64,000 nucleotides of DNA from an uncultured Chloroflexia bacterium (GCA_963734535.1 CAVTHS010000002.1:229551-293550); one strand, 5' to 3'; shown: positions 19,440-29,823, counted from the stretch's first letter. Notes: generated from the sequence alone by a model not told the origin. Numbers and translations: made by a program.

Positions 19440-21367
19440 CGGGCCACCACCAGCGCGACGAGGCCCGCGGTGGCCAGGACGACCCCGCACACGAGCGTGC
19501 CGGCCCGGAACACGAGCGCCCCGTCGATGACGCCGTCGAGGTAGTAGTTGCGCAGGGTCACGGTCCGTGTCCCACCGAGCGCCGCGCCCATCAGGTGGCC
19601 GGCGTTCGCGCTTCGTCCGCTCGTGTAGAAGTCCGCCTGGTCGTAGCCCGACCGGCGCGAGGACCAGAGGGCGAGCGCCGGCAGGAAGAGCACGGCGACC
19701 AGCATCACGACGACCATCGCCGGGTCGAGGTGGAGGAAGACCACGGGAGCGGCCGAGAAGGCGGTCAGCGCGTACGGACCCACGACGTGCTCGGAGATCA
19801 GGCCCAGCCCGGCTGCAATGCCGATCACGCCGACGGCGAGGACGACCTCGGCGAACCACTCGTAGCGGGTCACCCGCGCCTCGACCGAGCGCTCGTACGG
19901 CTCGATGCTGCGCATCGAGAGCACCTTGATGAGGAGCTTGCCCCAGTAGAAGATCGTGAGCGAGCTCCCGAAGGCCATGATGATCAGGAACGCCGCGCCG
20001 GCGAAGCCGGGGACGTCGAGGAACGCGCGGATCGCGGTCCACTTGGCCACCACGATGCCGAACGGCGCGATGAACATCCCGGCGATCCCCGTCAGGGCGA
20101 GCACGCTGACCCGCGGCATCCGGCTCAGGAGCGTGTCGAAGTTCTCCATGTCCTTCGTGTAGAGCCGGTTCTCCAGCGTGCCGACCACGAGGAAGAGGAG
20201 CGCCTTGGCGACCGCGTGGAAGATCACGATCATCACGCCCACCCAGACGAGCTCGGGCGTGCCGATCCCCGCGCAGCCGACGATCAGGCCCAGGCTGCCG
20301 ATCGTCGAGTAGGCGAGCACCTTCTTCGTGTTCTGCTCGGTCACCGCGACCAGCGAGACGAACAGGAAGGTCAGCAGCCCGACGAACGCCACCAGCGTCC
20401 CGACCGCGGAGCCGGCCATGGCCGGCGACAGGCGCAGCAGGAGGAAGACGCCCGCCTTGACCATCGTGCTCGAGTGGAGCAGCGCGGAGGTCGGGGATGG
20501 GGCGTACATCGCGCCAAGGAGCCAGGACGAGAACGGCATCTGGGCGCTCTTCGTGATCCCTGCCAGCGAGATCAGGGCAATCGCGGGAAGGAGGGCCGCC
20601 GCGGCCGGGCCGGCAGTCAGCTTCGCCAGGTCGAGGCCGTCGGGCTGGCCGGCCAGCAGCAGGATGGCGACCGAGAAGCCCAGCCCGCCGAGCAGGTTCA
20701 TGTTCAGCGCGTCGAAGGCGTAGCCGACCGTCTCCTTCGTGCGGGTGTACCCGATCAGGAGGAAGGAGCACAGCGTCGTGATCTCCCAGAAGACGTGCAG
20801 CATCGGCAGGTCGTTGGACACCACGAGCCCGAACATCGACGCGAGGAACAGGAAGAGCAGGAAGAAGAACGAGGTGCGCCGGCCGCCGATCTGCGGGTTC
20901 GAGCGCTGGTAGTCGCGCATGTAGCCGAGGGCGTGGATGCAGATGAGGGGCCCGATGATCCCGATCACGAGCACCATCACCATCGTGAGCCGGTCGAACC
21001 AGAAGAGTCGCTGCGGGTCGGGATCGGGCAGGTGGCCGCCGAGGTCGAGGTAGAGGGCGATCCCCAGCTGGGCGAGGGCCATGATCGGCGCCAGGACCCG
21101 CCTGTTCTGGAGGCTGACCACCACGATGAAGATGGCGATCATGGCCTCCATGACCAGGATCGCGTGCCCTGGGGTCAGGCCACCGGGCAGGCCGAAGAAG
21201 ACCGCATCCCCGTTGCCGAACGTGAACACGGTGACCAGCGCGGCCGCAGCGACCACGCCGCAGGCCGCGACCACGATCGTGTTCCGGACGGCGCCTTTCG
21301 TCACGACGAGGAGCACGCCGCTGACCACGAGCGGGAAGGCGACCAGGAAGACGATCAGCGGGCTCAT
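19436..21367 (-). CDS. echA: Ech antiporter-like membrane subunit A (NuoL/MrpA-like)
   Basis: FWEITTLCSFLLIGY, KSAQMPFSSWLLGAMYAPSPTSALLHSSTMVKAG, KKVLAYST. Confidence 0.88.
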   Translation of the reverse strand: MSPLIVFLVAFPLVVSGVLLVVTKGAVRNTIVVAACGVVAAAALVTVFTFGNGDAVFFGLPGGLTPGHAILVMEAMIAIFIVVVSLQNRRVLAPIMALAQLGIALYLDLGGHLPDPDPQRLFWFDRLTMVMVLVIGIIGPLICIHALGYMRDYQRSNPQIGGRRTSFFFLLFLFLASMFGLVVSNDLPMLHVFWEITTLCSFLLIGYTRTKETVGYAFDALNMNLLGGLGFSVAILLLAGQPDGLDLAKLTAGPAAAALLPAIALISLAGITKSAQMPFSSWLLGAMYAPSPTSALLHSSTMVKAGVFLLLRLSPAMAGSAVGTLVAFVGLLTFLFVSLVAVTEQNTKKVLAYSTIGSLGLIVGCAGIGTPELVWVGVMIVIFHAVAKALLFLVVGTLENRLYTKDMENFDTLLSRMPRVSVLALTGIAGMFIAPFGIVVAKWTAIRAFLDVPGFAGAAFLIIMAFGSSLTIFYWGKLLIKVLSMRSIEPYERSVEARVTRYEWFAEVVLAVGVIGIAAGLGLISEHVVGPYALTAFSAAPVVFLHLDPAMVVVMLVAVLFLPALALWSSRRSGYDQADFYTSGRSANAGHLMGAALGGTRTVTLRNYYLDGVIDGALVFRAGTLVCGVVLATAGLVALVVAR

Positions 21368-21370
21368 CGG

Positions 21371-21760
21371 TCAGTGCGCCACGGGGAGCAGGTGATCGAC
21401 TTCGTACACCAGGACCTCGGGCGAGACCGGCTTCTCCATGAATCGCTGGACGGGCATCCACCCATCATCCCGGTCCTGGGTCGCCAGCTCGCGATCGGAG
21501 ATCACCTCATCCACTCGGCTGAGCATGATCAATGGCAGCGCGGGGAACTCACCGGCGAGCGTGCGCGCCAGGTCGAACCCGGCCATCCCGCCATCGAGCA
21601 TCGCCTCGAGCACCACGACATCGGGCGCCTCGCGACGCACGGCGTCGAGTCCCTGGGCGGTGGTGGCTGCCGTCGAGACGGCGTGCCCGTCCGCCTCGAG
21701 CGCGGCCGCGTTCCGCGCGACGACCCCCGCGTCGTCATCCACGAGAAGGATGCGTGCCAT
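21371..21760 (-). CDS. Stand-alone receiver-domain protein, atypical (Glu at the phosphoacceptor position)
   Basis: ILLVDDD...PDVVVLEAML...IMLS...FMEKP; stop 3 nt before the echA start. Confidence 0.8.
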   Translation of the reverse strand: MARILLVDDDAGVVARNAAALEADGHAVSTAATTAQGLDAVRREAPDVVVLEAMLDGGMAGFDLARTLAGEFPALPLIMLSRVDEVISDRELATQDRDDGWMPVQRFMEKPVSPEVLVYEVDHLLPVAH

Positions 21761-22017
21761 TCCCGTCCAGTCCCGAGGCGGCCCCGCTCCGCCCGCTCCC
21801 GTGTCCACGGTCCGTTCGGCCGTTTGGACTGTTGTGCTGTTTCAAGGAAGAGCGTATCGATCGGCACATGATTGGCCGCCCGTAGATCGGCCCTTCGGCA
21901 CAGGCCCAACGGCCCGACATGGACGTGCCGAGTCGTCCCGGGCCCCGAGCTCGTGCTCTCGGACCCGTTGGGTCCGGGTCACCGGCATCTCGGCCCTCGC
22001 GCGCTACGATGCTTCGT

Positions 22018-22359
22018 GTGCATGAGTTCTCGATCGCCGAGGCCCTCGCGGCCCAGGTGCAGCGTCACGCGCCCGCGGTGGGACGGGTGACCGAGGTGGA
22101 CATCACGGTCGGCGCGCTGCGCGGTCTGGAGCCCGAGGCGCTCCGGATGTCCTGGGAGGCCGTGACCCACGGGACGCCGATCGCGGGCGCGATTCTGAAC
22201 GTGGACCTGCGGCCGTGGTCCATTGCGTGCTCGACGTGCGGGCGGGCCTGGACGAGCCCGGTCCCGTTCGTCTCCTGCGAATGCGGCGATCCGTCACCCG
22301 TGCCGAAGGCCGGTGACGAGCTCGATCTCGTCGCGCTCACGATCGAGGAGGAACCCTGA
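22018..22359 (+). CDS. hypA: Hydrogenase nickel metallochaperone HypA
   Basis: MHEFSIA, CSTC...CEC, GDELDL. Confidence 0.88.
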   Translation: MHEFSIAEALAAQVQRHAPAVGRVTEVDITVGALRGLEPEALRMSWEAVTHGTPIAGAILNVDLRPWSIACSTCGRAWTSPVPFVSCECGDPSPVPKAGDELDLVALTIEEEP

Positions 22360-22360
22360 C

Positions 22361-23017
22361 ATGTCCGAGGGTGCGCTGACGACCCGCATTCCGCTCGTTG
22401 AGCGGGTCCTGGAGGCGAACGACGAGGTCGCCGCCGACAACCGCGCCGAATTGGAGCGTCGAGGCATCTTCTCGATCGACCTGATCGGGGCGCCCGGCAG
22501 CGGGAAGACCGCGCTTCTCGAGGCGACGCTGCGGGCGCTCGAGGGCCGTCGTCATCCCGCCGTCCTCGTCGGCGACCTCGCGACGCGGCGAGACGGCGAC
22601 CGGCTGGCACGCTGGTGTGACAAGGTGATCCAGATCTCAACCGGTCAGGGCTGTCACCTGGAGGCGAACCAGGTCCGCGATGCCCTCGCCCAGATCGAGC
22701 TGGACGGGGTGGACCTGCTCTTCATCGAGAACGTCGGGAACCTGATCTGCCCGGTGGGCTTCGACCTGGGGCAGGCGGCCAAGGTCGGCCTCTTCAGCCT
22801 GACCGAGGGCGACGACAAGGCGGCCAAGCATCCCTACCTGGTCGAGGCAGCCGACCTCATCCTGCTCAACAAGATCGACCTGCTCCCGCACGTGTCGTTC
22901 GATCGGGCGACTTTCGAGGCGGACGTGCGCCTGCTCAATCCGGGGGTCCCGATCCTCGACGTCTCGGCGACGACCGGCGAGGGGCTCGACGCCTGGCTCG
23001 CCTGGCTCGACCGCTAG
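22361..23017 (+). CDS. hypB: Hydrogenase nickel incorporation GTPase HypB
   Basis: GAPGSGKT, GCHLEA, FIENVGNLICP, EGDDKAAKHP, NKID. Confidence 0.95.
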   Translation: MSEGALTTRIPLVERVLEANDEVAADNRAELERRGIFSIDLIGAPGSGKTALLEATLRALEGRRHPAVLVGDLATRRDGDRLARWCDKVIQISTGQGCHLEANQVRDALAQIELDGVDLLFIENVGNLICPVGFDLGQAAKVGLFSLTEGDDKAAKHPYLVEAADLILLNKIDLLPHVSFDRATFEADVRLLNPGVPILDVSATTGEGLDAWLAWLDR

Positions 23018-23100
23018 GATCGCCCCGCGGCGGGACCGCGCCGCGGCGGCCCCACGGCCGGGTGCGCGTGGGTGCGCGTGGCAGCGCGGCGGCCGACCGG

Positions 23101-23922
23101 TCAGCTTCCGGCGGCAGCGGCAACCTCGCCGGGCGCCTTGCCCTTCGGCCAGTAGAGCTCCTTCTTGACGTGGAACTCCGGGAAGCCGCGCCCCATCAGC
23201 GCGCCTTCGACGTTGAGGATCATCTCGGGGTTGCCGCAGATGTAGACGACCGTCCGGTCCGCGGACAGGTGCAGGTCGTGGCAGACATCGCCGACCACGG
23301 CCTCGACGCGCCCGGTCCGGCCCGCCCAGGCGGCGTTGCGCGGGTCCAGCGGCCGCGAAACCGTGGGGACGTACCGGAGCGGGTAGGAGGCGTCGCGCTC
23401 CAGGCCCTCCAGGATCTCGCGATAGCCCAGCTCCTCGGCGAACGAGACGCCATGCAGGACAACGGTCTTGCGCGGGCTTCCGGCGAGCTGCGTCTGGCGG
23501 ATCATCGCGAGGAACGGAGCGATCCCGGTCCCGGTGGAGACATACAGGTGGGTCCGGTGGTCATCGGGCTCGAGCATGAAGCGACCCTTCGGCCCGATCA
23601 GCCGCATCCGTGCCCCTTCGCGGAGGCGCCAGAGGAGCGTCGTGAACCGGATCACCGGCACCAGGCGAACATAGAGCTCGTAGCCTTCGGTCCCCGCGAC
23701 AGCAGGCGCCGACGCGACGGAGTAGGGGCGCTGCCAGAGCTTGCCATCGGCGAAGACGCCGGCAGTCATGTACTGGCCGGCCTCGAACGGGACCGGATCG
23801 CCGTCGAGCCGCACCCAGAAGCTCGCCAGCTCGGCCGAATGATCCTCGCGGCGGACCAAGGTGGCGTTGTACTGGGGCGCCTCCTCGGCGATGACACGGG
23901 TGTCCTCGACGTGATGGCTCAT
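23101..23922 (-). CDS. Ferredoxin--NADP+ reductase family protein
   Basis: FEAGQY, RPYSVAS, GPKGRF, TGTGIAPF, YICGNPEM. Confidence 0.85.
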   Translation of the reverse strand: MSHHVEDTRVIAEEAPQYNATLVRREDHSAELASFWVRLDGDPVPFEAGQYMTAGVFADGKLWQRPYSVASAPAVAGTEGYELYVRLVPVIRFTTLLWRLREGARMRLIGPKGRFMLEPDDHRTHLYVSTGTGIAPFLAMIRQTQLAGSPRKTVVLHGVSFAEELGYREILEGLERDASYPLRYVPTVSRPLDPRNAAWAGRTGRVEAVVGDVCHDLHLSADRTVVYICGNPEMILNVEGALMGRGFPEFHVKKELYWPKGKAPGEVAAAAGS

Positions 23923-24186
23923 TCCTCGCGGGGCCTCCTGGCGGCGGTGATTCGCGTTCGCCGGACTCGAGTGTAGCCGGAGCCGGGCCTGACTCGCCGG
24001 GCCCGCCCCGGCGGGTCGTTGCCGGCCGGCGGCACGAGCGGGCCATTGGACCCGCCCGTACGGGCCGGACGCGGGTCGGGAGCGGCGGCGCCCAGCGGTA
24101 CAATCGCCGGGTCAGCTTGACTTGGTCATCCCCGCGGCACGCTGTCTCGCGCGTCGCGCCGTGTCCACCACCGGAGGTATCGCTCA

Positions 24187-26952
24187 ATGCCGGAGTCTGC
24201 CACGCGCGCTCACGTCGCCGCCAAGCGCTACATCTACGCCTGGGGCGACGGCCGGGCCGAAGGCCACGGCAGGATGAAGGATCTCCTGGGCGGCAAGGGC
24301 GCCGGGCTCGCCGAGATGACGAACGCGGGCCTGCCGACGCCGCCGGGATTCACGATCACGACCGAGGCCTGCAACGATTACTTCGCCGCCGGCAAGCAGC
24401 TGCCGGCCGGCCTCTGGGATGACGTCCTCGCCGCCGTCCGCGACGTCGAGAAGCAGACCGGCAAGGGCTTTGGGGATCCGAAGAACCCGCTCCTGGTCTC
24501 CGTCCGCTCGGGCGCGAAGTTCTCGATGCCGGGCATGATGGATACCGTCCTGAACCTGGGCCTCAACGAGGAGACGCTGACCGGCCTCGTGGCGCTCACG
24601 GGCAACGAGCGCTTCGGCTGGGACGCCTACCGGCGCTTCATCCAGATGTTCGGACGGATCGTCCTCGACGTCGACGGCGAGCTGTTCGAGCATGCCATCC
24701 AGGCGAAGAAGACCGCCCGTGGCGCGGCCGCGGACACGGACCTGGTTGCCTCCGACCTCCGCGAGCTCGTGACGGAGTTCAAGGCAATCGTCCGCGACGC
24801 GACCGGCCGTGACTTCCCGAGCGACCCGAACGAGCAGCTGGACCTGGCCATCAAGGCCGTCTTCGCGTCGTGGTTCGGCAAGCGCGCCAACGACTACCGC
24901 AACAGCCAGAAGATCGCCCACGACCTCGGTACCGCCGTCAACGTCGTGACGATGGTCTTCGGCAACATGGGCGACGACTCGGGGACCGGCGTCGCGTTCA
25001 CCCGCGACCCGAACACCGGGGAGAAGGAGCTCTACGGGGAGTACCTCGTCAACGCCCAGGGCGAGGACGTGGTGGCCGGCATCCGGACGCCCCAGAAGAT
25101 CAGCCATCTCGCCGACGAGATGCCCGAGGCGTACGCGGAGTTCCAGCGGATCGCGAACCAGCTCGAGCTGCACTACCGGAACGTGCAGGACCTCGAGTTC
25201 ACGATCGAGCGCGGCCGCCTCTACATGCTCCAGACCCGCGACGCGAAGCGGACTGCCGCCGCGGCCGTGAAGATCGCCTGCGACATGGTCGACGACGGCG
25301 TCATCACCAAGGCCGAGGCGGTCGCCCGGATCGAGCCGGCCCAGGTCGACCAGCTCCTGCGCGACCAGTTCGACCCGGTCGCCCGCAAGGTTGCCAAGCG
25401 GATCGCCAAGGGCCTGAATGCCTCGCCCGGCGCCGCCGTCGGGCGGGCCGTCTTCAACGCGGACGTCGCGGTGGAGTGGGTCGGGCGCGGCGAGAAGGTC
25501 GTCCTGGTTCGCGTCGAGACGTCGCCGGACGACTTCCACGGCATGGCCGTGGCGCAGGGGATCCTGACCGCGCGCGGCGGCGCCACGTCGCATGCGGCAG
25601 TGGTCGCCCGCCAGATCGGCAAGCCCTGCGTGGCCGGGTGCGCCGAGCTGGTCGTCGACTACGCGACGAAGACGGCACACAGCTCGGACAGCGGGCTCAG
25701 CTTCGCCGAGGGCGACTGGGTCAGCGTCGACGGCTCCACCGGCGAGGTCTTCGTCGGCGCGCTTCCGACCGTCTCCGCCCGGTTCGAGGACCAGCCGGAG
25801 CTCCAGCGGGTCCTCGGCTGGGCCGACGAGATTCGCCGCCTCCAGATCTGGACCAACGCCGACAAGCCCGAGGAGGCCGCCCAGGCCCGCTCGTACGGTG
25901 CCCAGGGGATCGGCCTTTGCCGGACCGAGCACATGTTCCGCGAGGGCGAGCGCCTGGAGATCGTGCGGGGTGCCATCCTGGTCGCGAATGCCGCGACCCG
26001 GGCAAAGGTGAAGGTGGCCGCGGGCGACGCCCTGGACGCGGACGAGCGGGCCGTGGTGGCCGAGTTCGACGCGGCGATGCGGAAGCTCGAGGTGCTCCAG
26101 CAGGGTGACTTCGAGGGGATCCTGGCGGCGATGAGCGGCCTGCCGGTCGTCATTCGCCTGATCGATCCGCCCCTCCACGAGTTCCTCCCGAACCTCGAGG
26201 ACCAGCTCGTCAAGGTGACCAGGGCCGGCGACGCTGCAACGGAAGAGGACAAGGAGCTGCTCGCCACCATCAAGTCGATGCACGAGCAGAACCCGATGCT
26301 GGGCCTGCGCGGCTGCCGTCTCGGGCTGATGATCCCCGACTTCGTGAAGATCCAGACCCGCGCCATCCTCAACGCCGCCGTGGCGGTGAAGCGGGCCGGC
26401 AAGGATCCGCGCCCGGAGATCATGATCCCGCTCGTCGGTCACGTGAACGAGCTGATCGCGACGCGAGCGCTTCTCGACGCGGAGGCGGAGGCCGTGGTCG
26501 CCACCGCCGGCGAGGCGATCAACTTCAAGTTCGGCACGATGATCGAGATCCCGCGCGCCTGCTGGGTCGCGGACGAGATCGCCAAGCATGCCGAGTTCTT
26601 CAGCTTCGGCACGAACGACCTCACCCAGATGACGTTCGGCTACAGCCGTGACGACGCGGAAGGCGGCTTCCTCCTCAAGTACGTCGAGGACAAGATCCTG
26701 CCCGAGAACCCGTTCCAGACGCTGGACGTGGTGATCGCCGACGAGATGCGACTGGCCGTCGAGAAGGGTCGCTCGACCCGGCCCGACCTCGAGGTGGGCA
26801 TCTGCGGCGAGCACGGTGGCGATCCCGCCTCGATCCACAAGTGCGAGTCGATCGGCCTCAACTACGTCTCCTGCTCCCCGTTCCGCGTCCCAGTAGCGCG
26901 GCTGGCGGCGGCGCAGGCGGTCCTGGTCAACGCGGCCGAGAACGACAGGTAG
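24187..26952 (+). CDS. ppdK: Pyruvate phosphate dikinase
   Basis: LLGGKGAGLAEM, LLVSVRSGA, GGATSHAAVVAR, GLCRTEHMF, SFGTNDLTQ, GICGEHGGDP. Confidence 0.97.
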   Translation: MPESATRAHVAAKRYIYAWGDGRAEGHGRMKDLLGGKGAGLAEMTNAGLPTPPGFTITTEACNDYFAAGKQLPAGLWDDVLAAVRDVEKQTGKGFGDPKNPLLVSVRSGAKFSMPGMMDTVLNLGLNEETLTGLVALTGNERFGWDAYRRFIQMFGRIVLDVDGELFEHAIQAKKTARGAAADTDLVASDLRELVTEFKAIVRDATGRDFPSDPNEQLDLAIKAVFASWFGKRANDYRNSQKIAHDLGTAVNVVTMVFGNMGDDSGTGVAFTRDPNTGEKELYGEYLVNAQGEDVVAGIRTPQKISHLADEMPEAYAEFQRIANQLELHYRNVQDLEFTIERGRLYMLQTRDAKRTAAAAVKIACDMVDDGVITKAEAVARIEPAQVDQLLRDQFDPVARKVAKRIAKGLNASPGAAVGRAVFNADVAVEWVGRGEKVVLVRVETSPDDFHGMAVAQGILTARGGATSHAAVVARQIGKPCVAGCAELVVDYATKTAHSSDSGLSFAEGDWVSVDGSTGEVFVGALPTVSARFEDQPELQRVLGWADEIRRLQIWTNADKPEEAAQARSYGAQGIGLCRTEHMFREGERLEIVRGAILVANAATRAKVKVAAGDALDADERAVVAEFDAAMRKLEVLQQGDFEGILAAMSGLPVVIRLIDPPLHEFLPNLEDQLVKVTRAGDAATEEDKELLATIKSMHEQNPMLGLRGCRLGLMIPDFVKIQTRAILNAAVAVKRAGKDPRPEIMIPLVGHVNELIATRALLDAEAEAVVATAGEAINFKFGTMIEIPRACWVADEIAKHAEFFSFGTNDLTQMTFGYSRDDAEGGFLLKYVEDKILPENPFQTLDVVIADEMRLAVEKGRSTRPDLEVGICGEHGGDPASIHKCESIGLNYVSCSPFRVPVARLAAAQAVLVNAAENDR

Positions 26953-27080
26953 CCCATCGCCAACCGGGCGGGTCACGAACCCGGCCGTCCCAAGCCGGCG
27001 CATCCGCCGGCATCGAGCCACCAGGCGAAGCCCGGCCGCGAGGCCGGGCTTCGTGCCGTCCCGGGTGGGATCATGTCGCG

Positions 27081-28403
27081 ATGCCGCAGCCGACCGAGCC
27101 CGTCCGACGTCGTGATCGGCTGCGCCGGCTCATCGTCGACGTGGAGCCGCTCCGGCGCGACCGGGATTTTCGCATGCTCTGGATCGGCCAGGTGATCAGC
27201 GGGCTCGGCCGCCAGGTCACGGCGATCGTCCTGCCGTACCAGCTGTACGTCCTGACCGGAACACCCCTCGCCATCGGTGCGCTGGCCCTCGTCCAGGTCG
27301 TGCCGATCATGGCCTTCTCGCTCGGCGGGGGCGTCGTGGCGGACGCGGTCGATCGCCGCCGGCTGCTGATCGTCACGCAGATCGGGCTGGCGGTCACGAG
27401 CGCGACGCTCGCGGGGCTCGCACTGCTGCCGGCTCCCCCTGTCCTGGCGATCTACGCGGTCGCGTTCGTCGCCGCCGGCCTCGGCTCGATCGACCAGCCG
27501 GCGCGGTCGTCGGCGGTGCCGCGGCTCGTGCCGCGCGAGCGGCTGCCGGCGGCGCTCGCGCTCGGCCAGCTCAACTTCCAGGCGGCCGGGGTCGTCGGGC
27601 CGGCGATCGGCGGCCTGGTCATCGCCAGCCTCGGCATCGCGGCCGGCTACGTGTTCGATGCGATCACGTTCGGCGCCGCGATCGCCGCGCTCCTCGTCAT
27701 CGCGCCGATCCCGCCGGCCCATGGAGCCGTCCGGCCAAGCCTCGCTGCGATCGCGGAGGGCCTCCGCTTCGCGCGCCGCCGCCGCGCGATCCTGGGCACG
27801 TTCGTGGTGGATCTCAACGCGATGGTCTTCGGGATGCCGACCGCGCTCTTCCCGGTGCTCGCGCTCGACGTCTTCCGCGTCGGTCCAGCCGGGCTCGGCC
27901 TCCTGGCCGCAGCCCCGGCGGCAGGAGCGCTCGTCGGGGCGCTGCTGACGGGGTGGGTCGGGCGCGTCCGGCGGACCGGGCGGGCGGTCCTCTGGGCGTC
28001 CGCGGGATGGGGCCTCGCGATCACCGCGTTCGGCCTGTGCACGTTCAGCTTCCCGCTCGCGCTGGTCTTCCTGGCGGCCGCCGGCGCGGCCGACGTGATC
28101 ACGGCGGTCCTGCGGAGCGCGATCGTGCAGCTCCTCACGCCAGACGAGCTCCGGGGGCGGGTGACCTCCATCCACATCCTGGTCGTCACCGGGGGTCCGC
28201 GCCTCGGGGACATGGAGGCGAGCGCGGTTGCCTCCGTGGCGGGGGCGCAGCTCGCGGTCGTCAGCGGGGGGTTCCTCTGCCTGGTCGGGCTCGTCGCCAT
28301 CATTCGCGCCTTCCCGGAGCTGTCGGCGTTCGACCTCCGCCAGGTCGGCTCGGGTGGGGCGCATGCGCCCGAGCCGGTGGCGGGGACGACGCCGATCGCC
28401 TGA
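27081..28403 (+). CDS. MFS transporter (EntS-like)
   Basis: About 12 hydrophobic segments; GGVVADAVDRRRL motif A; PDELRGRV. Confidence 0.88.
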   Translation: MPQPTEPVRRRDRLRRLIVDVEPLRRDRDFRMLWIGQVISGLGRQVTAIVLPYQLYVLTGTPLAIGALALVQVVPIMAFSLGGGVVADAVDRRRLLIVTQIGLAVTSATLAGLALLPAPPVLAIYAVAFVAAGLGSIDQPARSSAVPRLVPRERLPAALALGQLNFQAAGVVGPAIGGLVIASLGIAAGYVFDAITFGAAIAALLVIAPIPPAHGAVRPSLAAIAEGLRFARRRRAILGTFVVDLNAMVFGMPTALFPVLALDVFRVGPAGLGLLAAAPAAGALVGALLTGWVGRVRRTGRAVLWASAGWGLAITAFGLCTFSFPLALVFLAAAGAADVITAVLRSAIVQLLTPDELRGRVTSIHILVVTGGPRLGDMEASAVASVAGAQLAVVSGGFLCLVGLVAIIRAFPELSAFDLRQVGSGGAHAPEPVAGTTPIA

Positions 28404-28522
28404 CCCTCGCTCTGCGCAGGCCGGCCGCGTCGACGACGGGCGGCCCGAGACGACCCATGGCGGATCCATTTCGGTACCGCTCGGCCATGGGCGAACGGGG
28501 CGTGGACCGCTATCGTTGCCGG

Positions 28523-29815
28523 ATGGCCCCCGGTTCTCGCGCGCAGACACGCACGATCGCGCTGCTTCGTCGCGCCGCGCTCGTCGCGCCGATCCTGCTG
28601 TCGCTCGCCGTGTTCCCGGGCGCCACGTGGGCCGCCGGGCCGCACAACCTCGATGTCATCCCGGCCCCGTTGGCGAGCCAATCCGGCGGTCCGGCCAGGC
28701 CCGCCGTCTCCGCTCCGGGCCTCGGCAGCGCGCAACCGCCCGTCGTGGTCTTCCACGGGCCGCGAACCGACCGGGTCGTGGCCCTCACCTTCGACGACGG
28801 ATATGCCCCCGCGAACGTGCGTCAGATCTTCGGGGAGCTGACGAGGGCCGGCGTCGTCGCCACCTTCTTCGTCAACGGCGCCTATCTTCGATGGGACCCG
28901 AAGCTCTGGCGGTCGATCGCCGAGGCGGGCTACCCGATCGGGAATCACACGGTGCTCCACGAGGACGTTCGAAACCGGCCGCCAGGCCAGGTCGCGGCCG
29001 ACCTCGCCCGAAACGCTCGGCTCGTGCTGGCGGCCACCGGACGGCCAATGATTCCCGTCTTCCGGCCGCCGTACGGCTACCACGACGCGGCCTCCGATGC
29101 CGCGGCCGCCGCGGCCGGCTTTCCGACCATCGTGCTGTGGGACGTGACGGGCGCCGACGCGAGCCTGCGGGCCACGGATGCGAGCGTCCTCGCGAACGCG
29201 AGCGCCGGGCGGCCCGGCTCCATCGTCCTCCTCCACGCCGGCCCGTCAGTCACGCCCCGCATCCTCCCGGCCCTGATCGACAGCTACCGGGCACGCGGGT
29301 TCACGTTCGTGACGGTGCCGGAGCTGCTGGGGATCGCGACGCCCGACCCCGGCCTGCCGCCCGGCGGGTCGACACGAACGGTGCCCGAACCCGGAGCGAT
29401 CGTCGCGCCGACCCCGCCCGCAGTCGCGCCGGCCGGGGACGACCACGGCGTGGCGCCGATCTCGCCGGTTGCGCCGATCTCGCCGGTTGCGCCGGTCACG
29501 CCGGTCACGCCGGGCGGCGTTCCGGCGCCGTCGACCGGTGCCGTGCCGGCGCCGCCGCCCGGCGAGGTCACCGCGGGTCACGGCAGCGGCCCCGCGGCTG
29601 CCGCGCCGCAGGCGGGATGGAACTCACTCCCGCTGCCGCCGACCGTCGCCGGGTCCGGGAGCCTGGAGGGCGCGCCATCGCTCGCGCGTGACGAGGCATG
29701 GGCGCGCGGGCCGGTCCGCGACGGAATCGTCGCGACGGCGACGGTCGCGCTGCTTGGCATCCTCCTGCTCCTGGGGGCGATCGCAGGCGGCCGCGCACGC
29801 CGAGGCGGGTCGTAA
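28523..29815 (+). CDS. Polysaccharide deacetylase (CE4/NodB) with Pro-rich linker and C-terminal membrane anchor
   Basis: VALTFDDG, GNHTVLH, FRPPYG, IVLLH; signal peptide; terminal TM plus RARR. Confidence 0.85.
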   Translation: MAPGSRAQTRTIALLRRAALVAPILLSLAVFPGATWAAGPHNLDVIPAPLASQSGGPARPAVSAPGLGSAQPPVVVFHGPRTDRVVALTFDDGYAPANVRQIFGELTRAGVVATFFVNGAYLRWDPKLWRSIAEAGYPIGNHTVLHEDVRNRPPGQVAADLARNARLVLAATGRPMIPVFRPPYGYHDAASDAAAAAAGFPTIVLWDVTGADASLRATDASVLANASAGRPGSIVLLHAGPSVTPRILPALIDSYRARGFTFVTVPELLGIATPDPGLPPGGSTRTVPEPGAIVAPTPPAVAPAGDDHGVAPISPVAPISPVAPVTPVTPGGVPAPSTGAVPAPPPGEVTAGHGSGPAAAAPQAGWNSLPLPPTVAGSGSLEGAPSLARDEAWARGPVRDGIVATATVALLGILLLLGAIAGGRARRGGS

Positions 29816-29823
29816 CCCGGCCG

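Noticed and set aside
16238-21367. Partial complex I (nuo) operon
   Set aside because: The large subunit keeps both Ni-binding CxxC motifs and hypAB are adjacent, so it is a hydrogenase
21825-21850. Rex operator in the ech/hyp intergenic region
   Set aside because: TTGTGCTGTTTCAAG matches only part of TTGTGAA-N4-TTCACAA
24184-27021. Long antisense ORFs (also 1708..3792, 3811..6081, 19595..21871 and others)
   Set aside because: Shadow ORFs expected from high-GC codon bias opposite well-supported genes
29450-29515. Short tandem repeats in the deacetylase linker (APISPV/PVT)
   Set aside because: Ordinary low-complexity linker expansion
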